The notes below the pieces were generated by a model. The model saw only the letters and a program-made list of their open reading frames with translations. It ran no database searches and was not told the DNA's origin. Source: Albugo candida (Eukaryota). Taken from it: a stretch of DNA of 64,000 bases. The stretch is taken from NCBI GenBank assembly GCA_040437565.1, contig JBDOQK010000028.1:62001-126000 (forward strand). The letters are read 5' to 3'. The position numbers were made by a program, and so were the translations under genes. Numbering within the stretch: position 1 is the stretch's first letter; each line of letters begins with the position of its first letter. Shown here in pieces: positions 11,793-22,867 of the stretch.

Positions 11793-14189
11793 ATGGCGTT
11801 CTGGCGGCCAGGCGATGCGATTCCTTCCACGAGCGCGGTCGCGCCGAGCGCACGTGAGACGCTGACACAAGACTCCGAATTCACATCTATAGGCTACAAT
11901 CCGAACCACCGTCTTCCAATACACGTACAGCGCGAAAGTCTTCCTGTTTTTGCTCATAGGTCAGAGATTTTATACGCTGTTGAAACGCATCAAACAACCA
12001 TTTTGGTCGGCGAAACTGGATCTGGAAAGACAACGCAGATTCCACAGTATCTTATTGAAGCAAATTGGGCACAACATCGCATGATTGCATGCACCCAACC
12101 TCGACGTATCGCCGCCATCACAATCGCTCAGCGAATCGCCCAAGAAATGCACGGTACTGTAGGCGATCAAGTCGGATACGCGGTCCGCTTTGACGAACAA
12201 TGGAGCGCTGATAGGACAAAAATCAAGCTATGTACCGATGGAATTCTGTTGCGAGAAATGATGTACGATCCCTTATTAATGCATTATTCAGTCATCGTTG
12301 TGGTACACACCATATTGCCATTCTTGTACATTAATTAACTATTTCTCTAGGACGAAGCGCATGAGCAAAGTATTGAGACGGACTTATTATTAAGCTTTTT
12401 GAAAAAAATTCAGCGTCAGCGACCGGAATTACGTCTAATTATCGCATCTGCTACCTTACAAGTCGATTCATTGCTCCGTTATTTCAAGTCAAAAGGCTCC
12501 GAGTCGAAATTCAAAGCCACCAATCTGAAGGATGTCGTGGCCATAAACGTCACTGGCCGACAGTATCCCGTGGACATTCTGTATTCCACTTCCCCACAAA
12601 GCAATTACGTCAAAGCAGTTGTCAGCACAGTCAATCAAATCGATAAAATCGAGGGATCTGGCGATATTTTAGTGTTTCTTCCAGGTCAAGATGAGATCAA
12701 TAGTGTCCTAGACCAGCTCCAGGACTCCCAGGATGCAGACCAGCGCTCACATCTGCTACCCCTCCCGTTCTATGGATCGCTTCCCCTGAGAATGCAGCAG
12801 CAAATCTTCCTCCCAGCTCCTTCCAACGTATCGAGAAAAGTGATTTTGGCGACCAATATCGCTGAGACCTCTATCACTATCGCCAATATCCGCTTCGTCA
12901 TTGACTCGTGCTTCACGAAACTTGCATTTTACAACCCGTTTAACGGCGTTCAGGCTCTCATCACAACATCTGTGTCCCAATCGAGTGCAAAGCAGCGTGC
13001 TGGACGTGCTGGAAGAATGCAAGCCGGAAAGTGTTTAAGACTATGCACCGAACAAGACTTTCGACGATTTTGTCGAAGTGAGACGATTCCTGCTATTCAA
13101 CGAACGCGACTGGAAAGAGTAGTGCTTTATCTATTAAGTATGGGCGTTCAGGATCTCGCTCGTTTTGATTTCATTTGTCCACCGTCCCCAGAAGCCTTGA
13201 TTCGTGCTTTAGAAATGCTGTACGCATTGGGTGCAGTCGACGATCAAGGTGGTCTCATAGAGCCGATTGGACGTCACTTGGCGGAATTCCCATTGGAGCC
13301 TGAGATTGGTAGAATGCTGCTGGCATCTGTTCAGTATCGCTGTACGGAAGAGATCCTTACGATTGCGAGCCTCATGTCGGGAGATGAGATCTTTTTTCAC
13401 CCACGAGGATCCAAAGAGCGTCGAACAAAGATTTTGGACGCTGTAGAAAGCTTTGCACATCCAGCTGGCGATCTGCTCACTTCACTGGCAGTGTATGATG
13501 CTTTTGTGGAGAATTCGAAATCTCGAGAATGGTGTGAGCAGAATTACGTCTCGTTTCGCGTTCTCACGCGCGCGTTTGAAGTCCGAAAACAGCTCAAGCG
13601 CTATTTGAAACGATTTATTGCTTCAGTTGCAAACGAGTCTCAAGAAACCACTGAAAAAGAGCATCAAGAAGCGATTCTCAAAAGTATCACCACGGGTTTC
13701 TTCGCCAACGTCGCGAAATTGGATCCCAATCATGGGTGCATGTACAATACCGTGCGTGATGCTCGTTTGGTCCAGCTACATCCGTCCTCCATTTACACAA
13801 ACGCAGGCCAATTGCCAAATTGGATCGTATTCCACCAAAGCATTTTGACCTCTACCGAATTTATTCGAGACATCTCCAAAATCGATCCACGATGGCTGCT
13901 TGAGATTGCTCCAGATTTCTACCAGACTCGTGATGTTAGTGCGATTGTCTCAGGGGATTCAGGCGACCTTGGTCTTCCAAAGGCGGAGATGTATTCGGCA
14001 GCGACTTTGTCGAAATTCTCCAGTTTGACTCGAGGCAAACAGCCGCAACATAGCGTCATGGACGAATCTAAAGACGCGGATATGAATGTAGGTGGCAGGA
14101 TTCTATTTCGTAAACCATCAGCGTCGAAGAAACCTTCTCTTCCGGTTCATATTGGGAAAAGTAAAGGAGGTCTCCGATCTCAATTTTAG
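11793..14189 (+). CDS. DHX35: DEAH-box ATP-dependent RNA helicase DHX35-like (intron 12303-12350)
   Basis: MAFWRPG N-terminus; GETGSGKTTQ, TQPRRIAA, DEAHE (after splice), SAT, ATNIAETSIT, QRAGRAGR; HA2 and OB-fold tail. Confidence 0.88.
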
Positions 14190-14231
14190 CGTTTGCGTGG
14201 AAAAGCTAATTAAAGCATTTAAAACGCTTTG

Positions 14232-14648
14232 ATGCCGAGACGATTGACGCACGATGAGAAGACAAGGGAGGAAAGGATGCTCTCAGAATGGAGACGAACA
14301 CGAGCCGTGTACACCGACAACAGAGTCCCGCAAATCGATACCGAGGAACATGGCTTTTGTATCAAGAAACAGCTCACAGATGCCATCACACTCATTCAAT
14401 ACAACAAAGTACTTTTTGCCATTTTGATGTGCTTTTTCGTGATGTCATTGTGTTAGAATCCTCAGCTGTACAACACACACACAAGAGACCATCCTGGAGA
14501 TCCTTTCAGTGCACATTGGAGCTCCAAAGACACATTTCCTGTCCCGAGGCTTTGGCGTGTGGATGCCACTCCCTCACCGCAATTAAAAACCTCACATTTC
14601 AATCGACCGATGTCCAACGACATTTACAGGTGCCAAAGGCTTTTGTGA
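14232..14648 (+). CDS. Small hypothetical protein (2 exons, intron ~14409-14457)
   Basis: MPRRLTHDEK...IQYNK|GTACTT...GTTAG|NPQLYNTHTRDHPGDPF...RCQRLL*; the splice keeps the frame and intron size matches neighbouring genes. Confidence 0.45.
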
Positions 14649-15141
14649 ACGCTCTCCCACTCATATTGGAGCTGTAGACCGCTGGCACGCAGACCGCTAC
14701 TCCGAAATAAGGTACGAATATAATTCTTTAAAGCTGTTTTTAACGTCATTTTCAGTCACAAAATCGAATGTTCGATCCATTGGGCGGGAAGATACGTCCA
14801 TCTGTAACTTCACTGCGACCAATCTGTCGCACAGGAATGCCGATTTCGCAATTACGCGCTTTACTCGCTGCTCCAGAGACCACACAACCAAATCGAGTAC
14901 CCTCTAAGCCTCTCAGCATGGTAGCGTTCCATTGAGTTCTTCCGAGCTGTTTCTCATTCTCAGCTGTGAGTGTAATAGCCCAACGACGTTGAGGCGTCCC
15001 CGAAAGCTAGTCCACGAAGACCTCATTCAGGGTGTTTTTAAGTGATATTCACACAGTAAGGTGCTCATGATAGGATAAGGTCGGTAGGTACATGACCAGA
15101 TAAACAGTGTAATGAAATCCGTGACAGCCAAAGACGCCGTG

Positions 15142-15336
15142 CTAGAAATCGGGATCCCATGGGCATACCTGACTGCAGTCTTCGACCTCATGTCGAAAAT
15201 CTGCAAAATTCGACGTGTCAAATTGATTTCGAATTTGTGGAATGATTGGAGGCTTAAGCGTTTTCGATAGAAGCTTTTCCCATGGAAATCCGTCAAACCA
15301 TTCGTGTTGCATAATATCGCGAATTCCATTCTTCAT
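15142..15336 (-). other. Diverged second copy of the PKG-like kinase 3' exon (alternative haplotype or paralog fragment)
   Basis: Encodes ...PQIRNQFDTSNFADFRHEVEDCSQVCPWDPDF versus ...PEIRNQF...CGQVCAWDPDF at 15566; ends at the N-gap. Confidence 0.7.
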
Positions 15337-15565
15337 NNNNNNNNNNNNNNNNNNNNNNNNNNNNNNNNNNNNNNNNNNNNNNNNNNNNNNNNNNNNNNNN
15401 NNNNNNNNNNNNNNNNNNNNNNNNNNNNNNNNNNNNCACGATGACCTCATTCAGGGTGTTTTTAAGTGATATTCACACAGTCAGGTGCTCATCATAGGAT
15501 AACGTCGGTGGGTACATGACCAGATAAACAGTGTAATGAAATCCGTGACAGCCAAAGACGCCGTG

Positions 15566-18397
15566 CTAGAAATCGGGATCCCATGCGCATACCTGACCGC
15601 AGTCTTCGACCTCATGTCGAAAATCTGCGAAATTCGACGTGTCGAACTGATTTCGAATTTCTGGAATGATTGGAGGCTTAAGCGTTTTCGATAAAAGCTT
15701 TTCCCATGGAAATCCGTCAAACCATTCGTGTTGCATAATATCGCGAATTCCATTCTTCATATTCCCGAGTCTTCGTGCGGGATTCGAACATAACAAACTA
15801 TGAATCAGATCGATGGCTTCCCGGCTAATGAGATCGATAGATTAGCTCGCATTTCATTTCATGTGTTGTATCGTACCTGAAATGATTTGGGTACTTGACC
15901 GTTCCTTGGAGAATTCGCGGGTAAATCTGCATGGGTTCCGCGCCTGGAAATGGTGGTTTTCCAGCCAAAAGCTCGTAGATCAGTACGCCGAGCGCCCAGT
16001 AATCCACCGCTTTCCCGTGTCCTTTGCTCAATATCATCTCTGGAGCGAGATAATCTGGTGTTCCGCATAGCGTCCACGTGGGATCCGTTACCACTTTGCC
16101 AAGCCCAAAGTCTGCGAGCTTGACGAAGCCATCGGTATCAAGCAAGATATTCTCAGGCTTGATATCGCGATACGCGATAGATTTCTGATGGAGATGCTCG
16201 AGCACAAGGACGATACTTGCGATGTAAAAGCGAGCAACGGAGGCCTCAAAGAATCGCTGACGACGTACGTGTGTATATAATTCTCCNNNNNNNNNNNNNN
16301 NNNNNNNNNNNNNNNNNNNNNNNNNNNNNNNNNNNNNNNNNNNNNNNNNNNNNNNNNNNNNNNNNNNNNNNNNNNNNNNNNNNNNNAAGCTTTTCCCATG
16401 GAAATCCGTCAAACCATTCGTGTTGCATAATATCGCGAATTCCATTCTTCATATTCCCGAGTCTTCGTGCGGGATTCGAACATAACAAACTATGAATCAG
16501 ATCGATGGCTTCCCGGCTAATGAGATCGATAGATTAGCTCGCATTTCATTTCATGTGTTGTATCGTACCTGAAATGATTTGGGTACTTGACCGTTCCTTG
16601 GAGAATTCGCGGGTAAATCTGCATGGGTTCCGCGCCTGGAAATGGTGGTTTTCCAGCCAAAAGCTCGTAGATCAGTACGCCGAGCGCCCAGTAATCCACC
16701 GCTTTCCCGTGTCCTTTGCTCAATATCATCTCTGGAGCGAGATAATCTGGTGTTCCGCATAGCGTCCACGTGGGATCCGTTACCACTTTGCCAAGCCCAA
16801 AGTCTGCGAGCTTGACGAAGCCATCGGTATCAAGCAAGATATTCTCAGGCTTGATATCGCGATACGCGATAGATTTCTGATGGAGATGCTCGAGCACAAG
16901 GACGATACTTGCGATGTAAAAGCGAGCAACGGAGGCCTCAAAGAATCGCTGACGACGTACGTGTGTATATAATTCTCCACCCAGCACGAGTTCGACCAGA
17001 AAGTAGAGGTATCGATGGTCCTGGAAGGTGCTCAACAGCCTGACTGCGAACGGATGATCGATCGCGAGCATGACGCGCTTCTCATTAAGCACGTGCTCAC
17101 GGAGATTGTTATGGCTGATTCGCGACTTGATGACGCATTTGAGCGCCATTGCGGCTTGCGTCTTTGTATGTCGAACTAATTTAACGCGCCCAAATGCCCC
17201 TCGTCCGAGTGTCTGAAGGATTTCCAGCTCGTGAAGCGGAATATCAACGTGATATTTGTACGCTTGCGGCGTCATGTGACAAAAGGCCCGGGATACAGGC
17301 TCCCGTTCCGCAAGCTCCTGGATGGTTCCGAGCATCGCGATGAAATGCTCCCGTCCAAGCTTGAGACATTGGACGTTGCTGGAGGCTGTGCATGTGGCGG
17401 AACGCATTTCGTCTTTGAGCAATGCCATTTCCCCAAAATGATCTCCGGCGCCAAGTGTTCGAATTATCATTTCCGGCGTGGAAATCGCTTCTTTTTGTGT
17501 CACAATAATTTCTCCAAATGTGATTATAAAAAAATGTTTGCCGATTTCTCCCTGTCGAATGATAGCGGTTTTCGCGGGATACTCTTCCCATTCCATCGCG
17601 GACGCCATTTGCTGCAATTCTGCCAGTGTGAGTTTTTTCAAAATTGGAATTCCTTGAAGAATTGAAAGCGTTTTCTGATGGCGCTGGAGTTTATGGTATG
17701 CAGTAATCTCCCGAAATGTGTTGCGTTCCAGTGCCCAGAGCTCCACATCGGTAATAGAGCGGATTGTAGCTGCACGCGGCATGTTACACAGCAATGCGAG
17801 CTCGCCAAAGCCCATTCCGGGCGTCAGGAACCCGTACCGAATGGGACCTTGTGCGTGAGGCACAGAGACCAAAATCTCGAGTTTCCCAGTCTCCACTGCG
17901 TAGAAATGGTCACCTTGATCGCCCTGTTTGAAAACGATTGTTTGCTTGGGAACTTTTACGGGGAAAAACGCATCTAAACACGACAAAAGCTCATCTGACG
18001 AAAGACCTGTAAACAGAACATTTGTATGGAGAATTTGTGTGAGCAAATGGCGAATTGGCTCGGCTTTTGGATGCACTTTGAAGTCGCAAACACGTTCCAT
18101 TTTCGATTGTTGAATCACCTCAGCGCTCATTTCGATACGATGGGCACAATGCGCTTCCATAAGCTTTTCAGAACTGTCTGCGTTTTGGATGGGATCTGCA
18201 GGCGATCCCATTGCGATTGTTAGAGCTTTTTCAGCGTGTAGCGGGCCATTGTCAGGTGAATTGGCTGTCGACCAGCTGGATGAGCGGTTCTGCAGGCCGC
18301 TGTGAAGCTGTTGCTCGAGAGATCGGATAAGGTCATTTTTCTCAGCGATTTCGCGCTGTAGATGTGCGTATTGATACCTCGAGACACCGCCGCCCAT
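15566..18397 (-). CDS. cGMP-dependent protein kinase-like (N-myristoyl motif, coiled coil, 2 cyclic-nucleotide-binding domains, AGC kinase); intron 16517-16568; 15695-16286 duplicated across gap
   Basis: MGGGVS; FGELALLCNMPRAAT and FGEMALLKDEMRSAT; LGRGAFGRV, YRDIKPEN, DFG, TWTLCGTPDYLAPE; C-terminal WDPDF. Confidence 0.92.
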
Positions 18398-18893
18398 TGC
18401 ATGCGCGCGTCATATACACGCGGCGGACTGGAACGCTGCTTTTATTTTTACATTTCATTTTCTTTTTTTAAGGTGGAATTATGGAGAAAGTTGCTTAGTA
18501 AGGGACAATAAACGGTCGATAGTGGTTTCTACTGACTATTTGGAGCAGCTGGGTAAAGCACGCAAGCTGACGTGGGTATAGCACCCATCACGGTGATGTT
18601 TGCCATCTGGTTGGAGTATTATGTCTCGCTTTATATGCATTTAAAAATGTGGTCCAAATGGCGGAAGCTGATGCTAAAACAGCTGCTCGATAGTGCGATC
18701 GTCAATATGATTGGTTTATATGCAGCATGGAGATTCATGGACGACTCTTTGATTGGCGGAATGCACTTGATTTACTATATTCTTTTTTCTGATTGGTTTC
18801 CATTTTCAACCCAATAATTTCATTCAAGCGCATGACGAAAAGTTCAGCGCAAACGCAAGCAGACTGCCCATAGAAAAGCCTGTGCGGAAACCC

Positions 18894-21800
18894 ATGGAAG
18901 GAATCCGTGTCTATGTGCCTCACGATGACCTCATTTGGGTTCCAGCCACAATCCTTTCCGTGCGAGCAAACTGCAAAGTCTTTCACGTTCGGCTTCAATG
19001 GCTCCGGTCCAATGAGCTCCAAAATATCGCCAACGGGAGAAAAGACGCACTCACGCAAGCGTACGATCAACAAATACAAGCTCATTCAACAAAAACGGTG
19101 GATCTCCGTCAGCCAGGAATGCCAGACGCTTTGCCTTTGCAGAACGTTTTCGCGTCCGCCAGCACCGAGTCCATTATCAGCAGTATGCAACGGCAGAATG
19201 AGTGCATGGACGTAATGGCCGATAGAAGCGCTGTGGTGGTCGAAGATATGTGCGATTTATTTCATCTTCATGAGCCTTCGATAGTCTATAACCTCCGACA
19301 ACGTTTCCTCGCCGATAATCCCTACACGTATACCGGTCCAATTGTGGTGGCTGTGAATCCATACAAATCGATTCCTAGTCTGTATACCAAGCAATTGCAG
19401 GATGTATACACATCTAACGATCGATCCACTCTTCCTCCACATGTTTATGCAATCAGTGCTCAAGCGTACAACAAAATGCGGCTTTTAAAGGAACCACAAA
19501 GTATCCTTGTCAGTGGCGAATCCGGAGCCGGGAAGACTGAAACAGTCAAAATTCTGATGCAGCATCTCGCGAGGATGGATTATGCAACAAATGACCCTTC
19601 TACGGTCGCACAACGCGCATTTAATATCGAAATGATTCTTCAGAGTAATCCCTTATTAGAAGCCTTTGGAAACGCAACAACTGTGAAAAATAATAATTCA
19701 AGTCGATTCGGTAAATTCATTCAACTTTTGTTCGACTCGGAATATCAATTGATTGGCGCCACTTGTCGTCACTATCTGTTGGAAAAATCGCGCGTCATTC
19801 GCCAAGCGCCAAACGAACGCAATTTTCACATATTTTATCAATTATGGAGTCAAAAAGACTCCAAATTCCATTGGGAAGACAATACAGAGTTCCGTTACCT
19901 TCAGGGCACACCCAATTCCGAGACCTCTGACTCGGAGCATTTCAAACTCACAGAGAAAGCGCTCAAGACAATTGGATTGACGACCGCAGAGCGAGACGAT
20001 CTCTTCGAAGCACTGGTTGGTATACTGAGACTCGGCCAGCTCCAATTTGTCAGTATAAAGCGTCCATTTTCCAGTGAAAAAGAGGTCGATGAGGAATCTC
20101 TAGCCACCCCACTGGTCGATAGATGTGACTTAGCTGGTAATCCCCATTCATCAGCTGATTCGCATCAATCGGTGGAGCTCACACGCTGTGCTACATTACT
20201 CGGCTTCACACAGAAAATGGACACATTCACGCAACATTTATGCAATCGGACTCTAAAAGCTCGCCAGGAAGTCTATTGCGTTCCATTATCCCCAGAGCAA
20301 GCGAATTATCATCGTGACGCTCTGGCCAAAGAACTGTACACGCGACTCTTCCAATACCTCGTGAATCGCGTGAATCAAAGCCTCCAATCGCTCTCCTCAA
20401 AGCATTCATTCCGGGAAATCAATCTGTTGGATATCTTTGGGTTTGAGGCTCTTCAAACGAATGGTTTTGAGCAATTTTGTATCAATTACGCGAATGAGAA
20501 ATTAGAGCAGAAATTCATTTCGGATGTGTATAAAGCCGTCGAAGAGGAATATCGCCAGGAAGAGCTCTCATGGGACCACATCGACTATCAGGACAATCAG
20601 GATCTACTCGATTTGCTTGAAAATCCAATGGGACTTTTACCGCTTCTAAACGAAGAGTGCGTGCGTCCAAAAGGCTCCGATACTTCGTATGTGTCCAAAA
20701 TACACAATTTCCACACTACAAACTCGCGAATGGAACGTGCGAGCCCAAAATTAAGTGCGACACACTTCATATTGCATCATTACGCGCAAAGTGTGACGTA
20801 CGACGCGTCCGATTTTGTGGAAAAGAACAGAGACGGAATGTCAACGCATTTGACGGAATTGATGGGTGAGAGTGAGAACGCATTGATCGCATCGCTTTTC
20901 AGTGGAAAACAAACAGAGAATTCAAACGCTTTGAAAATCGATTTATTGGCTCGAAAATCGGTCAATTTTATGCACGAGACAGTGAGTACGAAATTCAAAA
21001 CGCAGCTGAACGAATTGATGCGAACGATTTCAACGACACGCGTGCAGTACATTCGCTGTATCAAACCGAACGCAGCGAAGACAGCCGGGCTTTTCGATAT
21101 CAAAGACGTCATTCATCAGCTCCGTTCTGTTGGCATCGTACAAGCTATTCGACTCACTCGAGCGGCGTTTCCCAATAAATTGACACATGAGAAATTCCTT
21201 CTTCGGTTTGTTTTGCTGAGGAAAACGCGATCACATGTGAAAATGGCCGAAGGAATCGCTGATGCGTGTAAAGAGCTTTTGATGCAATCGATTGATTCCA
21301 AGCAATTTGCGGTCGGGAAGACAATGATATACTTTGGTAAAGGCGTTTTAGAAGCGTTGGAGCATCAACGAACGATTTTTATTCATAGAAATGCACGAAT
21401 TCTGCAGAGAAAAGCGCGGGAATGGCTTTTACGACTCGCACGAAAACGATGTGAAATGGGAATTGTCCGATTTCAAGCGATATTTCGTCGACGACGAGCT
21501 CGTACATCGTATTGGAAGGGACGACACGCGGTGAGGCTTTTACAGAAACACTGGCGAAAGGCGAAAGCTCGCAATTGTGTACGACGAGAACGAGCGGCGC
21601 GCATCCTTCAGACTGTTTATCGCAATCAAAAGAGCAAAAAACGTATGCAGCGGCTTTGTGACTCTGTTGTCCAAGCGGTAGCCTTTGCTCAAACGAGAAA
21701 AGCGGTCGATATCCACGAGCAGGAGCACGTTTCTATCGAAATGGAGCTTGCACGATTAGAGGAATTGCTTGCACAAAGACAAAAAGATCGATGTCAAAGA

Positions 21801-22586
21801 GATTGGGATCTTCGTTCATCGAAAGAAACGACCGATAGCTCCAAAGTCTCATCGCCTCACGATCGGAATTCATCGTTCGATTCGATCGGACAGTCGGAGA
21901 AAGAATTGATGAAATACAGAGATCTCATTGAAGCGCTATTGTGTGAGAATGACCAACTCAAAGCGGAGAATCGATCGATCAAAGAAGCGTATACGACGGC
22001 AAAAGCTTCCTTGGGAGTGTATACGCAGCAGTATTCGCTTCACTCGTGTGCGAGTGTCCGACTGCTAAGCACACATTTCGAATTGCAAAAGTCGCAGGAC
22101 GAGAAATTGAAGCGATATCAAAAGCAAATGGCCGATTTGCGGGAAGATGTTCGGAATCAAAAGAGTTTGTATGCGACGGAATTGAATACGCGATTGAATT
22201 GTCAAAAGACTTTGTCTGCTGTGTTGGAGGTCGCAGAGACTGGTGGAATGGATACACAGAGTCTTTGTCGGATCCGAGCGGTGGCGCATGGCTGTGTTCC
22301 GAGCGATACCAACGACCTCGAAGGCGTGGAAATGGACTCCAGTGCGGAGATCCTACAAACTCGTTTGAATAGAAGACAATCGGAAGGCGGGATTTTGAAT
22401 TGGAGAGCAAAGACGACGGGCAAGACGGAGGAGAATCGCGTGTGTACGAAAATGATCCCGAAATCGTATCGATCGACGTCGATTGGGACCGAGTGGAACT
22501 CGAATGCCACAAGACGATCAAGTATCACCGAACGATGGAAAAAAATGTTTAAGAGGCAATATGGAGCGGTTAAGGGCGTACCGTGA
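18894..22586 (+). CDS. Myosin heavy chain (motor domain, IQ motifs, coiled-coil tail), intronless
   Basis: VAVNPY, GESGAGKTE, NNNSSRFGK, LLEKSR, DIFGFE, FEQFCINYANEKL, YIRCIKPN; several IQ-like motifs (ILQRKAR, FQAIFR, LQKHWR, ILQTVYR). Confidence 0.95.
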   Translation: MEGIRVYVPHDDLIWVPATILSVRANCKVFHVRLQWLRSNELQNIANGRKDALTQAYDQQIQAHSTKTVDLRQPGMPDALPLQNVFASASTESIISSMQRQNECMDVMADRSAVVVEDMCDLFHLHEPSIVYNLRQRFLADNPYTYTGPIVVAVNPYKSIPSLYTKQLQDVYTSNDRSTLPPHVYAISAQAYNKMRLLKEPQSILVSGESGAGKTETVKILMQHLARMDYATNDPSTVAQRAFNIEMILQSNPLLEAFGNATTVKNNNSSRFGKFIQLLFDSEYQLIGATCRHYLLEKSRVIRQAPNERNFHIFYQLWSQKDSKFHWEDNTEFRYLQGTPNSETSDSEHFKLTEKALKTIGLTTAERDDLFEALVGILRLGQLQFVSIKRPFSSEKEVDEESLATPLVDRCDLAGNPHSSADSHQSVELTRCATLLGFTQKMDTFTQHLCNRTLKARQEVYCVPLSPEQANYHRDALAKELYTRLFQYLVNRVNQSLQSLSSKHSFREINLLDIFGFEALQTNGFEQFCINYANEKLEQKFISDVYKAVEEEYRQEELSWDHIDYQDNQDLLDLLENPMGLLPLLNEECVRPKGSDTSYVSKIHNFHTTNSRMERASPKLSATHFILHHYAQSVTYDASDFVEKNRDGMSTHLTELMGESENALIASLFSGKQTENSNALKIDLLARKSVNFMHETVSTKFKTQLNELMRTISTTRVQYIRCIKPNAAKTAGLFDIKDVIHQLRSVGIVQAIRLTRAAFPNKLTHEKFLLRFVLLRKTRSHVKMAEGIADACKELLMQSIDSKQFAVGKTMIYFGKGVLEALEHQRTIFIHRNARILQRKAREWLLRLARKRCEMGIVRFQAIFRRRRARTSYWKGRHAVRLLQKHWRKAKARNCVRRERAARILQTVYRNQKSKKRMQRLCDSVVQAVAFAQTRKAVDIHEQEHVSIEMELARLEELLAQRQKDRCQRDWDLRSSKETTDSSKVSSPHDRNSSFDSIGQSEKELMKYRDLIEALLCENDQLKAENRSIKEAYTTAKASLGVYTQQYSLHSCASVRLLSTHFELQKSQDEKLKRYQKQMADLREDVRNQKSLYATELNTRLNCQKTLSAVLEVAETGGMDTQSLCRIRAVAHGCVPSDTNDLEGVEMDSSAEILQTRLNRRQSEGGILNWRAKTTGKTEENRVCTKMIPKSYRSTSIGTEWNSNATRRSSITERWKKMFKRQYGAVKGVP

Positions 22587-22867
22587 GGAAGAGGGGACGT
22601 TGGTGGTTGGATTGGGCGCGGTGGATTGCTGTGGAAGGCTTTGATCGCCGTGGAATCGACGAGAAATAAAGTGGAGGAAGCCGGCATGGATGCACTGTAT
22701 CGTTTGATATTTAGTCAAGTATGATAAGCGGTAACATTTCATATACCGTACATTCTAATAATAAAAGTAAGTTGTAATACCTTATATTTCGCGCCAAAAA
22801 TACGCGCCAGAATTCGCCTTCGGAAACGTTTCGCTACAGCTCCAACGACTGCTCCATTAAAGTCGCA

